A stretch of 55,069 bases of DNA from a virus (taxonomy: Duplodnaviria; Caudoviricetes). Positions 30,775 through 38,633 of the stretch are shown one piece after another. Every line of letters begins with the position of its first letter. Position 1 is the first letter of the stretch. Below the pieces are notes generated by a model that was given only the letters and a program-made list of their open reading frames with translations, was not told where the DNA came from and did no database searches. Where the stretch lies: positions 1-55,069 of IMG/VR virus record IMGVR_UViG_3300046167_000515; one strand, written 5' to 3'. The translations under genes and the position numbers were made by a program.

Positions 30775-31191
30775 ATGCCTAGATCAACAGTTAGGAAAAC
30801 AAGATTGTTTAGAGATGTTTCCATGCTTCCAGAAAAGTATGTGAAGCACAATTACTTAAAGCACATAAGGAGTGCTACAGACATATTTTTGGACGGAAGC
30901 GATCTAACCAGAAGCTACCTGTACTTTATGCTGTTTATATATGATCTTGAGTTCTTCACTATCTCCTGGGTGGCTAGCGAATATGGAATGAATAAGAAGA
31001 ATCTAGCTGACAGGATGATATACCCGCTAGTGTCTATGGGGTATATATACAAACACTTCGACAGACTCACTCCTTCGTCAACGGCTGATGATCACTTGTT
31101 TCGTGATGAGACAAAATATAACTACAGAGTTCGTTATGCGCTATCACAGAAAGGAAGGCTAGCGGTGCAGCGTTTTTACAACACCTTATAG
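30775..31191 (+). CDS. Winged-helix DNA-binding protein (putative regulator)
   Basis: Likely start MPRSTV; C-terminal wing motif RYALSQKGR; opposite strand to its neighbours. Confidence 0.55.
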   Translation: MPRSTVRKTRLFRDVSMLPEKYVKHNYLKHIRSATDIFLDGSDLTRSYLYFMLFIYDLEFFTISWVASEYGMNKKNLADRMIYPLVSMGYIYKHFDRLTPSSTADDHLFRDETKYNYRVRYALSQKGRLAVQRFYNTL

Positions 31192-31637
31192 TACACGCCT
31201 TTTTCATCTCGGTAGGCTCTCTTGATCTGACATCTATTCCCTCCGCCCTCTTTGAATGACACATGTATCCAGGCAGGGTTTTCGTCATCACCGAACTCCC
31301 AGATCATTTGGTCCCACTCAAGGTTCTTCTTAATGAAGTCAAATATCTCTGAGTTGTTAACCCCCCCATACATATCGGCGTCTATATCAATAGCTTCCCC
31401 GATCATATGCTGAGAGTATTTACTCCCTCCAATCGCTTTGTTCAACTCCTTTGATCTAAACCCAGAGGTAACCCCGATGGGTACACCGAAGTGATCACGC
31501 ACTGGCTGAAAGATATGGTCCGCTACAGCTTGGAGGTTATGTATAGTCCACTTATCTGGGGTGTTGTCTATCCCCTTTCGGGTCGCGGTGTTTGATTTCA
31601 CCACCTCCTTTAACGTAAGGTTTTTGCTTAATTTCAT
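31176..31637 (-). CDS. Endolysin, peptidase M15A family
   Basis: SGFRS..LN.AIGG..SQHMIGEAIDID...WIHVS zinc-binding signature. Confidence 0.85.
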   Translation of the reverse strand: MKLSKNLTLKEVVKSNTATRKGIDNTPDKWTIHNLQAVADHIFQPVRDHFGVPIGVTSGFRSKELNKAIGGSKYSQHMIGEAIDIDADMYGGVNNSEIFDFIKKNLEWDQMIWEFGDDENPAWIHVSFKEGGGNRCQIKRAYRDEKGVYYKVL

Positions 31638-31812
31638 TCTTCTGAGCCACCCAAGACGGGTTGATTCTTTTAATTCGAGGGTTGTGATAATATTTCTTCA
31701 ATCTATGATTGAATATAGCAAAGTTAGAAAAAAAATTTGTGAGATCGAAAAGTTTGTCTTACCTTGAGATCAGCAAACCGAATTTACGAAACAATTTAAA
31801 ACAGTTATTTGC

Positions 31813-32011
31813 TATGAACAATTCATTCTTTATCCCCGCTACACTGGTAGCAATCTTTTTCGCTGTGTCTGCAATCTGCATCCTCGATACAGCACCCCGT
31901 CCAACTGGCGATGTCGTCAAAAGCCAGGCTCAACTATTTGAGAACCACATTGTGGAGGGCATGATTGCCCGACAACAAGCTAAGCTAGACGCTATTAAAA
32001 AGAAGCTTTAA
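31813..32011 (+). CDS. Small membrane-anchored protein
   Basis: MNNSFFIPATLVAIFFAVSAICIL forms an N-terminal hydrophobic segment. Confidence 0.45.
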
Positions 32012-32813
32012 TTACAGGCTGATCAGCTTGTAGGAAGAACCCTCTTTGAGTAGGGTCTTTATAAACCTCGGACATTACCATTGAGTTGATCGCACCGCGA
32101 TTTTGATTCCTGGTAAATAGTTCGGGGTTTTTTTGTGCTAGTTCTTTCATGAACTCCATTGCATATGGATCTCTAGCATTTACTCCTGCCTCTTTCATGA
32201 GCTCAAACACCTTTGGTGTAGCATACATGTCTTTTCCGTCTTGTCTAAACCCTTGAGCGAAAGCATCTTTCGCGCCACCTATCGTTCTGTATCCAGCGTC
32301 TGGGTTCGTAGCGTCCTTTCTGGTATAAGCTCTTACGTTAGATGTGGTAGGTTCAAACATAATTGGCTGTGAAGAAGACTCCTCTCTAGGCTGTTCTTCT
32401 TTTCTTCCTCCCATAAGCATTCTGGCTAGGTCTTGTCTGATTGGTTGAGGGCCTCTTGATCTAACGGGCATCATGTTTTCACCTCGTGGGGATTCTTCTG
32501 GGGCTACTGGTTCACCAAGGCCAAGTGGTATCCCTTTTATCATGGTAGCTGAATTGTCCCTTCCTACGGTGAAACCTCGCTCCTCATCACCTCTAGCCAC
32601 ATCAGCATTAGAACCAGAAACCTCGCCGCCTCGTAGAAGGGCTAACAGTCTAAGAGATTCCTCAGGTGTTATGCCATCTTTTTCTGGATCTCCCTCAACT
32701 GGACCTCCTACAGCGTACTTTTTTACCATACCGCCAGCTCTATACTTATTGCAGCCTGCACATTTAGGCTTTCCGCAGCCACAACCGCCAGACTTGGATT
32801 TCGTTACCATCAT
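31995..32813 (-). CDS. Hypothetical (possible virion cargo) protein
   Basis: N-terminal CGCGKPKCAGC followed by KYRAGG and KYAVGG motifs. Confidence 0.55.
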   Translation of the reverse strand: MMVTKSKSGGCGCGKPKCAGCNKYRAGGMVKKYAVGGPVEGDPEKDGITPEESLRLLALLRGGEVSGSNADVARGDEERGFTVGRDNSATMIKGIPLGLGEPVAPEESPRGENMMPVRSRGPQPIRQDLARMLMGGRKEEQPREESSSQPIMFEPTTSNVRAYTRKDATNPDAGYRTIGGAKDAFAQGFRQDGKDMYATPKVFELMKEAGVNARDPYAMEFMKELAQKNPELFTRNQNRGAINSMVMSEVYKDPTQRGFFLQADQPVIKASF

Positions 32814-32928
32814 ATCGCAAATATAACTATATTTTTTTATCCAGGATAATAGCTATTGGAGTAGTACATACCCTGAGGCTGTTGGTACTGAGGGCCTCCA
32901 GAGTTCACTGCGCCCCCCAACGTTTGGA

Positions 32929-33567
32929 TCAAAACCGTAGCTCAAGCTGAGAGTTATCCTCCATAGACACTTCAGGTAGTGCTATTGGTTCTGGTTTTAG
33001 GGTTTTATATATGTCCATACCCACATCTACTACAGGCTTAACTGTGTCTACCACCTTCTTTACCTTCTGAGCTCCCTGTAGGATCTTTGCACCCGTGCTC
33101 AACGCTGTCGTACCTGCCGTGGTTGCTGCCGTAGTACCAGCTCCAGCCACACCAGCCGCTCCAGGAGCTGCGCTTAAACCAGATAATAACCCACTTACAG
33201 CGGTAGTCCCTCCAGTTCCTGCGGCCCCAGCACCAGCAAATGCACCCAATGCACCTGCCGTAGCCACTGTTCCTACCGCTAAAGCAGTTCCAGCAGCTAT
33301 GTTTCGGGTTCTTTTCTTGCCTAACTCGTCAAAATAGCGGTCAGCATTCTGTTCTTGGGCATTGTATTGCTTATACCCCTCGTATCCGTCTATAATCTGG
33401 TCTCCACGGCGCTTAGCTTTACGCTTAGCACGTCTATTGACACGATCCTGCTTGTTCTGAGCTCTTTTATACTGTCGAAAGTCCTTTCCTTCGAGATCCC
33501 CACCAGATAACTCAGCGGCTGCTTCGCGATCCCTCTCGTTTCCCACTCTATATTTTAATCTAGACAT
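32929..33567 (-). CDS. Gly/Ala-rich putative virion or membrane protein
   Basis: Basic N-terminus and a long hydrophobic G/A/T segment; the C-terminus may be frameshifted. Confidence 0.5.
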   Translation of the reverse strand: MSRLKYRVGNERDREAAAELSGGDLEGKDFRQYKRAQNKQDRVNRRAKRKAKRRGDQIIDGYEGYKQYNAQEQNADRYFDELGKKRTRNIAAGTALAVGTVATAGALGAFAGAGAAGTGGTTAVSGLLSGLSAAPGAAGVAGAGTTAATTAGTTALSTGAKILQGAQKVKKVVDTVKPVVDVGMDIYKTLKPEPIALPEVSMEDNSQLELRF

Positions 33568-33802
33568 TTCTTTTAGATCCTTTTAGTCGTGATGCTTCTC
33601 TAATACCCCTGTTCTGGGAGGCTGTCATTACTCTCGCCTTTCCTTTCTTATGGTGTACGTCCTTGCCATCACCCTTTTTAACCTTACCCTTCTTAGCGAA
33701 GAGCCTACGTAGCTTATTTCTTAAAGCACGGCGCTTTTTTTGTTTACCAGACTTCTGGAACTTCTTGTATTCCTTCTTATAATTGCGCTTCTTGGCTTTC
33801 AT
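33560..33802 (-). CDS. Small basic HNH-like protein
   Basis: RNYKKEY...GDGKDVHH...SQNRG. Confidence 0.55.
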   Translation of the reverse strand: MKAKKRNYKKEYKKFQKSGKQKKRRALRNKLRRLFAKKGKVKKGDGKDVHHKKGKARVMTASQNRGIREASRLKGSKRNV

Positions 33803-34594
33803 AGGATCAAAGATACGATAATACAGTTTTTGCGCCTTTACAACTTAATTAGTTTGACTGACGCTCCGTAGCTACTGTTTTATTACTTACATAAGTAATC
33901 CTAAAGACAGCTTCGTAGGTTTAAAACATCTATGAAGCTTTATCGCTGAATAGCTTTGGCGAAGTTACAACTTTTTTCTTACAAAGTCAAGTCAGCAAAA
34001 TGCTTTAGGTAAACCCTATAAGTCACTAAGTGACAGCTTCTTAACCCGTATATAGTGGTAGCGCGTTGATAACTCAGTTGATAAGCCACGTTCGAAAAAG
34101 GGGCCAGCAATACAGATCGTGGGGATTATATGTATCATGAGTTGGTTGGGGTATCACCCCAAAACCAGATGCTTAAACCCCGTAGGTATAATGCAAGGGG
34201 GTTTTTGCCAAGGATTCTGGCTTTTAACCACAGCTAGTAAGCTGTGTTTAAGTAGGATGACCACCTTTGGTAGGACTCAAACAGCAGTAAACGTAGTTTA
34301 AACAGCAATCAATCAGCTTGGAACAATCCCCCCTCTTAACCTCTGGTTAAGTATATACCTTCATTTATGAAGGTCCAGTGGCTTCGAGGAAAATCTCTCC
34401 AATGTGTATGAAATCCCTTTAGGGATCGCGTCATTGGTAGTCAACCCGTGAGTATTAGCAAGCTAATACCGTAGGTTGAATGGAGTAGAGATAGAGTATA
34501 TGAAGAAGGAGTCTTATGACTTCTTCATTTACTCTTTATCTCTTAAGGTTGGTTTTGGAAGTCGACCATCCTTGAGGAACTCAAAATCTCTACC

Positions 34595-35371
34595 ATGTCG
34601 AAGACATTAGAAAACAAATCAGCTATGCTGAAAGACCTCAAGAAAGCTGTAAACAGCTTTGTTTACTCTCCAACGGAGAGCAAGTTGGCAAACTGCCGAC
34701 TCCAAGTTACTGAACTTGTTCAGTTCCTTCAGTCCATCGAAGTTCCGAAGGAAGAGGCTAAGAAGCCAAAGGCTTCTAAGTCAAAGTCCAAGTCCAAGCC
34801 GAAGGCTACTAAGAAGCCAAAGGCTTCGAAGTCGGAGTCTATGACTGTAAGTCATAAGGAGATTGCCGATGCTCTTGGCTTAAAAGCCAAGTCTCCAAAG
34901 CCGAAGGCTTCTAAGTCTTCGAAGAAGACGGGGCGGAAGGCTGAAATCGAAGCCCTTCTATCTTCTGGTAAGAAGATGAAGAGAGCAGAACGTTCCGTTC
35001 TGAACAAGGAGTTGTTTGCTCTGCAAACAGCAGAGAGACGCTCTTCGAAGAAGAGCAAGTCGAAGACTGTCCGTCGTCCTAAGAGGACGTCAGAAGCTGG
35101 TCTTGAGTTAACTCAAGCTAAGGACGGCATCGGAATTGGCAAAGCCAAAAAGACAAAAGCTGTTGCTCTTGACGGTAGTCAAGCTATGCCCTTCGAGCCT
35201 AGGAAGGAGGTTGAAGTTTCCGAACCAAAGGTTCGTAAGAAGGAGTTCATGAAAGTTACCCTCTTAGAGGGTGAGACTCCTCAGGAAGCGATGGCTCGAC
35301 TCCGCTCTGCCGAGATCGAGGCTGCCCGCCTTGAAGCTGAAGCTTTGATTGCTGACACTGCTCCATTCTGA
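34595..35371 (+). CDS. Lys/Ser/Pro-rich (histone H1-like) early protein
   Basis: Repeated KPKASKS units; first gene of the plus-strand arm. Confidence 0.6.
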   Translation: MSKTLENKSAMLKDLKKAVNSFVYSPTESKLANCRLQVTELVQFLQSIEVPKEEAKKPKASKSKSKSKPKATKKPKASKSESMTVSHKEIADALGLKAKSPKPKASKSSKKTGRKAEIEALLSSGKKMKRAERSVLNKELFALQTAERRSSKKSKSKTVRRPKRTSEAGLELTQAKDGIGIGKAKKTKAVALDGSQAMPFEPRKEVEVSEPKVRKKEFMKVTLLEGETPQEAMARLRSAEIEAARLEAEALIADTAPF

Positions 35372-35421
35372 TAACGTAGTTATCAATTCATTAGTTATTA
35401 AACCCTTTAAATCATAGATTT

Positions 35422-35664
35422 ATGTCAATTTACTCTTTTATCTTCCCCCTTGGGGAATCAGAATTCCGCACCAAGATGTGCTTCGCTAGGCTTGTAGACG
35501 CTCAGACTTGGGCAGCAGGGCAACTCCTCAAAGATGGGAGTGAATGGTGTCTCCTCAAGGAGGTTCCTTCGAGCGACTACGTGTTCGACCCCGTGGAGGA
35601 GGCGCATCATGCTGTCCGCTGGACTGCGGATATGCCTCATTACGATACTCTCTTCATCGACTAA
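35422..35664 (+). CDS. Hypothetical early protein
   Basis: 80-aa ORF with an AT-rich leader. Confidence 0.5.
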   Translation: MSIYSFIFPLGESEFRTKMCFARLVDAQTWAAGQLLKDGSEWCLLKEVPSSDYVFDPVEEAHHAVRWTADMPHYDTLFID

Positions 35665-35689
35665 CTACCCTAAAGGGTAAAAAAATAAA

Positions 35690-35721
35690 TTTGGAATAAC
35701 GGAAAGTCTGTTATATCTTTG
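35690..35721 (+). promoter_or_regulatory. Bacteroidota sigma70-type promoter (-33/-7)
   Basis: TTTG (35690) N20 TATCTTTG (35714). Confidence 0.8.
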
Positions 35722-35758
35722 CAATCGGCAATTCAGCCAAACTCAAAATCTCAATCCT

Positions 35759-36056
35759 ATGCTCAACAGCACAGATACACAGCGCAAGAAAGCGCAAATG
35801 GCTTCGGCTCTCTTCAACGATGTTCAACTCCTTGGCTCTGCAATCACTTGCACGGCAGGCTTCGATGCCCTGTCCTGCGACGATCAGATGCGCCTTGAGG
35901 ACTTAATCGGTGGTGAAAATGTATAATCATTTTCTTGAATTCTCCCTTGAGGAGATGGTAGATGCCTACGTCTACTTCAACTACATCCACGACTACGAAG
36001 GTTGTCAGCTTGTTGCTGATGCCTACGATGCTCACACTTCTTTAATTTTCAATTAA
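35759..36056 (+). CDS. Hypothetical early protein with a frameshift near 35916
   Basis: MLNSTDTQRKK...LIGGE continues as MYNHFLEFSLEEMVDAY... if one A is removed. Confidence 0.5.
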
Positions 36057-36068
36057 TCTTTTTCAAAT

Positions 36069-36500
36069 ATGAATACAATGTTCTCAACCCACGCTATTCG
36101 CCTTGCCTATGGCAGAACCCTAATGGATGGCGGCTCATCCCTACTCACATCAGACGGCTACGACTTTGAAGTCCCTTATAAGGGCTTCATGGTGGGTGGT
36201 CTGTCAGGAGAAACCAAAATCCCTTTGGACATCTGCGATGCCAACACGTTCCACACCATCTGGCTCAAGTATGCAGTCGAAGTGCGCAAGCTAATCAAGG
36301 AGTCCAGACTTAGCGGAGTCTCATATGCCGTAGGCACTTGGGTTGACAATGACTGCATCGTCTTCGATGTGTCGGAGAAAGTTGCTACGTCTCGTTCTGC
36401 CTATGCTTTGTGTGTAGAGCGCAACGAAGATGCCTACTACGATGTAGATGAAAGAAAAAGTGTTTTCATAGAAAAAGATAACGACAATGCAGAAGCCTGA
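36069..36500 (+). CDS. Hypothetical early protein
   Basis: 143 aa; GGSS...GFMVG...VGTW...FDVS...AYYD pattern, loosely resembling T3 SAM-lyase-like phage proteins (weak). Confidence 0.5.
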   Translation: MNTMFSTHAIRLAYGRTLMDGGSSLLTSDGYDFEVPYKGFMVGGLSGETKIPLDICDANTFHTIWLKYAVEVRKLIKESRLSGVSYAVGTWVDNDCIVFDVSEKVATSRSAYALCVERNEDAYYDVDERKSVFIEKDNDNAEA

Positions 36501-36756
36501 AGAAAAGAAGTTCTATATGCTATGCTCATACAAGGAAGCAGGCAGACCTGTAGGCAATGACGAGCTGCGTGATGCCTTTGATGAGGCGGTTTACGAGGCG
36601 GCTTACTTTGCGCCTGAAGTTGGCGATGATGGAGAGGTTGACCAACTCGGATACCTCGAAGACTTGGATAACGCTGAAACCAGCGTGGCTGAGTCCATGC
36701 TCGACAGGATGAGTCCTAAAATCAAATCAATTTTATTATCTCATGAAGAAGCCTGA
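36487..36756 (+). CDS. Acidic hypothetical early protein
   Basis: 89 aa, overlaps both neighbours. Confidence 0.5.
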   Translation: MQKPEEKKFYMLCSYKEAGRPVGNDELRDAFDEAVYEAAYFAPEVGDDGEVDQLGYLEDLDNAETSVAESMLDRMSPKIKSILLSHEEA

Positions 36757-36912
36757 ATACAAGCACGACATGACAGACGCTGAATACTCTGTATTCCTCG
36801 AAGCTGTCCTCAATCGCTTCACTGCGCAATGCAGAGGCGAGATACCCGTCGATCCCGTAGAGGAGCGACCTAAACCAAACAAATTTTTGAATCCATTTTT
36901 AATGATGTCCTA

Positions 36913-37173
36913 ATGAAAACAAAGTTTATGAACAAGCGGATAATTCGCAAGGGTACACAGGTAGTGTATCGTGGGGGCTTCGGCTCTGACCCACAGAAAA
37001 TTGCAGTAGTAACAGGCGTAGAGCGCACGGAATACCCTCGCGAGAAATACGGGGATGAGGTGGAGAGCGTGAACTTGGATGAGCATTACGTACTGACCCT
37101 GAACAACGGACACTGGTGTTACTCAGACCAAGTTGATGGAGTGGTTGTAATCCCCTCAGAATCAGCGGCTTAG
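36913..37173 (+). CDS. Hypothetical early protein
   Basis: 86 aa; YRGGFG...L.NGHWCY..Q. Confidence 0.55.
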   Translation: MKTKFMNKRIIRKGTQVVYRGGFGSDPQKIAVVTGVERTEYPREKYGDEVESVNLDEHYVLTLNNGHWCYSDQVDGVVVIPSESAA

Positions 37174-37181
37174 AAAATAAA

Positions 37182-37213
37182 TTTGGATTAATGGATTCTG
37201 TCCCTTATCTTTG
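37182..37213 (+). promoter_or_regulatory. Bacteroidota sigma70-type promoter
   Basis: TTTG (37182) N20 TATCTTTG (37206). Confidence 0.8.
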
Positions 37214-37249
37214 TATCGACAACAACGTCAAAATCAAAATCTCAATTAC

Positions 37250-37642
37250 ATGAAATGTACACACAACACATTGACCCACTTGCTAGGTGCATGGGACAGA
37301 CTAGAAGTAGTCGGAATCAACCCCGACAATCACAAGTCCATACTCACAAGCACATTACTACCTCATCGCAATGAGTTCGGAAAGAGGCAAGTCAAAATAG
37401 CTATCGAGTATCGAATCGAAGATGGCTTTGCAAGAGCCGCTCCGTATATATATGCCTTCCTCGTCATGTACGATCAAAACGGACACCGCAGAAGCGTCAT
37501 CAAGAATGGCTCATGGGGTTGTCATGGTGAGGATATGATGGAGTTCAAGTTGTGGTTTTCAAAAAAGATGCGGGCTGCTCATGATATGCAAGAGGAGCGC
37601 ATCGAGAATGCACAGGACAGCATCACTGACTTCCTGTCATAA
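37250..37642 (+). CDS. Hypothetical early protein
   Basis: Start reassigned to ATG 37250, downstream of the promoter and CAAAATCTC motif. Confidence 0.55.
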   Translation: MKCTHNTLTHLLGAWDRLEVVGINPDNHKSILTSTLLPHRNEFGKRQVKIAIEYRIEDGFARAAPYIYAFLVMYDQNGHRRSVIKNGSWGCHGEDMMEFKLWFSKKMRAAHDMQEERIENAQDSITDFLS

Positions 37643-37650
37643 CGAATCCC

Positions 37651-38090
37651 AATGAGTGTGAGTTAGGCGAAACCAACCACTGCAAACGTAGGCTATATGG
37701 CGTGTCTACGGCTCATTACATACAAGCAACTACATCAATCACCTTGCTGAGATGTAGCCAAGTTTACAAGTAGGGTTGCCCGATACCTTGTGGGTACAAC
37801 GAATCAAGGTAGGTGGGGGTGTGCAGGTTGAGATGTACACCCTCCCCGCAACATAGCGATAATGACCCTGCATGAATACAGGGGACGGCATCGGCAACGA
37901 TTCGCTTCGAAGGTCTTGGTGGGCTTAGCTTACCTTTAAAATTCAGAGACAGCCTTCGATAACCTCGGCAGAGGGGCGGACACGGTTGAAGGTGGGTTCG
38001 ATTCCCACTATCGCTACAACGGTACCCACCAATTAAATCTGGTAGGTGGGCTAAGTCGATACCAGGACCACTGAGCGCGAAAGCGTGGAT
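37651..38090 (+). ncRNA. Candidate structured ncRNA cluster including a tRNA-like element (37854-38016)
   Basis: Gap between plus-strand genes with many nested stems, GNRA loops, a canonical T-arm and an acceptor-like stem. Confidence 0.6.
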
Positions 38091-38145
38091 AGAAGGGATA
38101 AACAAAGCCAATCTTATTAATTCAAAATCTCAAACACATAACACA

Positions 38146-38316
38146 ATGATGACACGACAAGAAAAGATTGAACGCTACATCGAATGCGTAATAGACAACA
38201 TGGACTACAAAACCATGTATAGATACGTCTACGACACAATTAAGTACAGCATGGAGCATGACCACACAGACGAAGAGATTGACGATTTGTACAACGAATA
38301 CTTTGAAGAACAATGA
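38146..38316 (+). CDS. Small acidic early protein
   Basis: MMTRQEKIERYIECVIDNMDYK...; 56 aa, read manually, preceded by CAAAATCTC. Confidence 0.55.
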   Translation: MMTRQEKIERYIECVIDNMDYKTMYRYVYDTIKYSMEHDHTDEEIDDLYNEYFEEQ

Positions 38317-38633
38317 TGACAGATAAACAAGCCCTAGCCTTCATGCAGAAGGTAGATGCAAACGCCCCATTCTGGGTGGAGTTGCACGACGAAGACCGAC
38401 CGACGATGAACATCAACGGAAGAGACGTACCGCGATGCCTATACAATCTTATGCTCACCAAGCGCGACATCAGGTTGTATGCAGACCATGACATGAAGCC
38501 TAACCGACACTGGAAGATAGGTGATGTAAAGAAATACTTCGGACTCAAGGGTGGCAAGGGTAAAATCAAGGACGCCATCTTCACAATCCACGACGAGTTT
38601 ATTGGACGAATAGAAAACCAAGACAATGATTAA
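38313..38633 (+). CDS. Hypothetical early protein
   Basis: 106 aa; YNL...KPNRHWKIGDVKKYFGLKG. Confidence 0.55.
   Translation: MMTDKQALAFMQKVDANAPFWVELHDEDRPTMNINGRDVPRCLYNLMLTKRDIRLYADHDMKPNRHWKIGDVKKYFGLKGGKGKIKDAIFTIHDEFIGRIENQDND

Noticed and set aside
37854-38019. Canonical tRNA or tmRNA
   Set aside because: There is no D-arm or anticodon arm at canonical spacing; it is too short for tmRNA and lacks an alanine-type acceptor and an evident tag ORF. It is kept as a tRNA-like finding.
37960-38085. Twister (TAAC...GAGGGGCGG) or hammerhead (CTGAG...GAAA) ribozyme
   Set aside because: The required partner strands and conserved cores (a CCGCC P1 strand, CTGANGA) are missing.
37764-38111. 115-aa minus-strand ORF across the structured locus
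   Set aside because: It is antisense to the early arm, has atypical composition, and is better explained as a by-product of GC-rich RNA stems.
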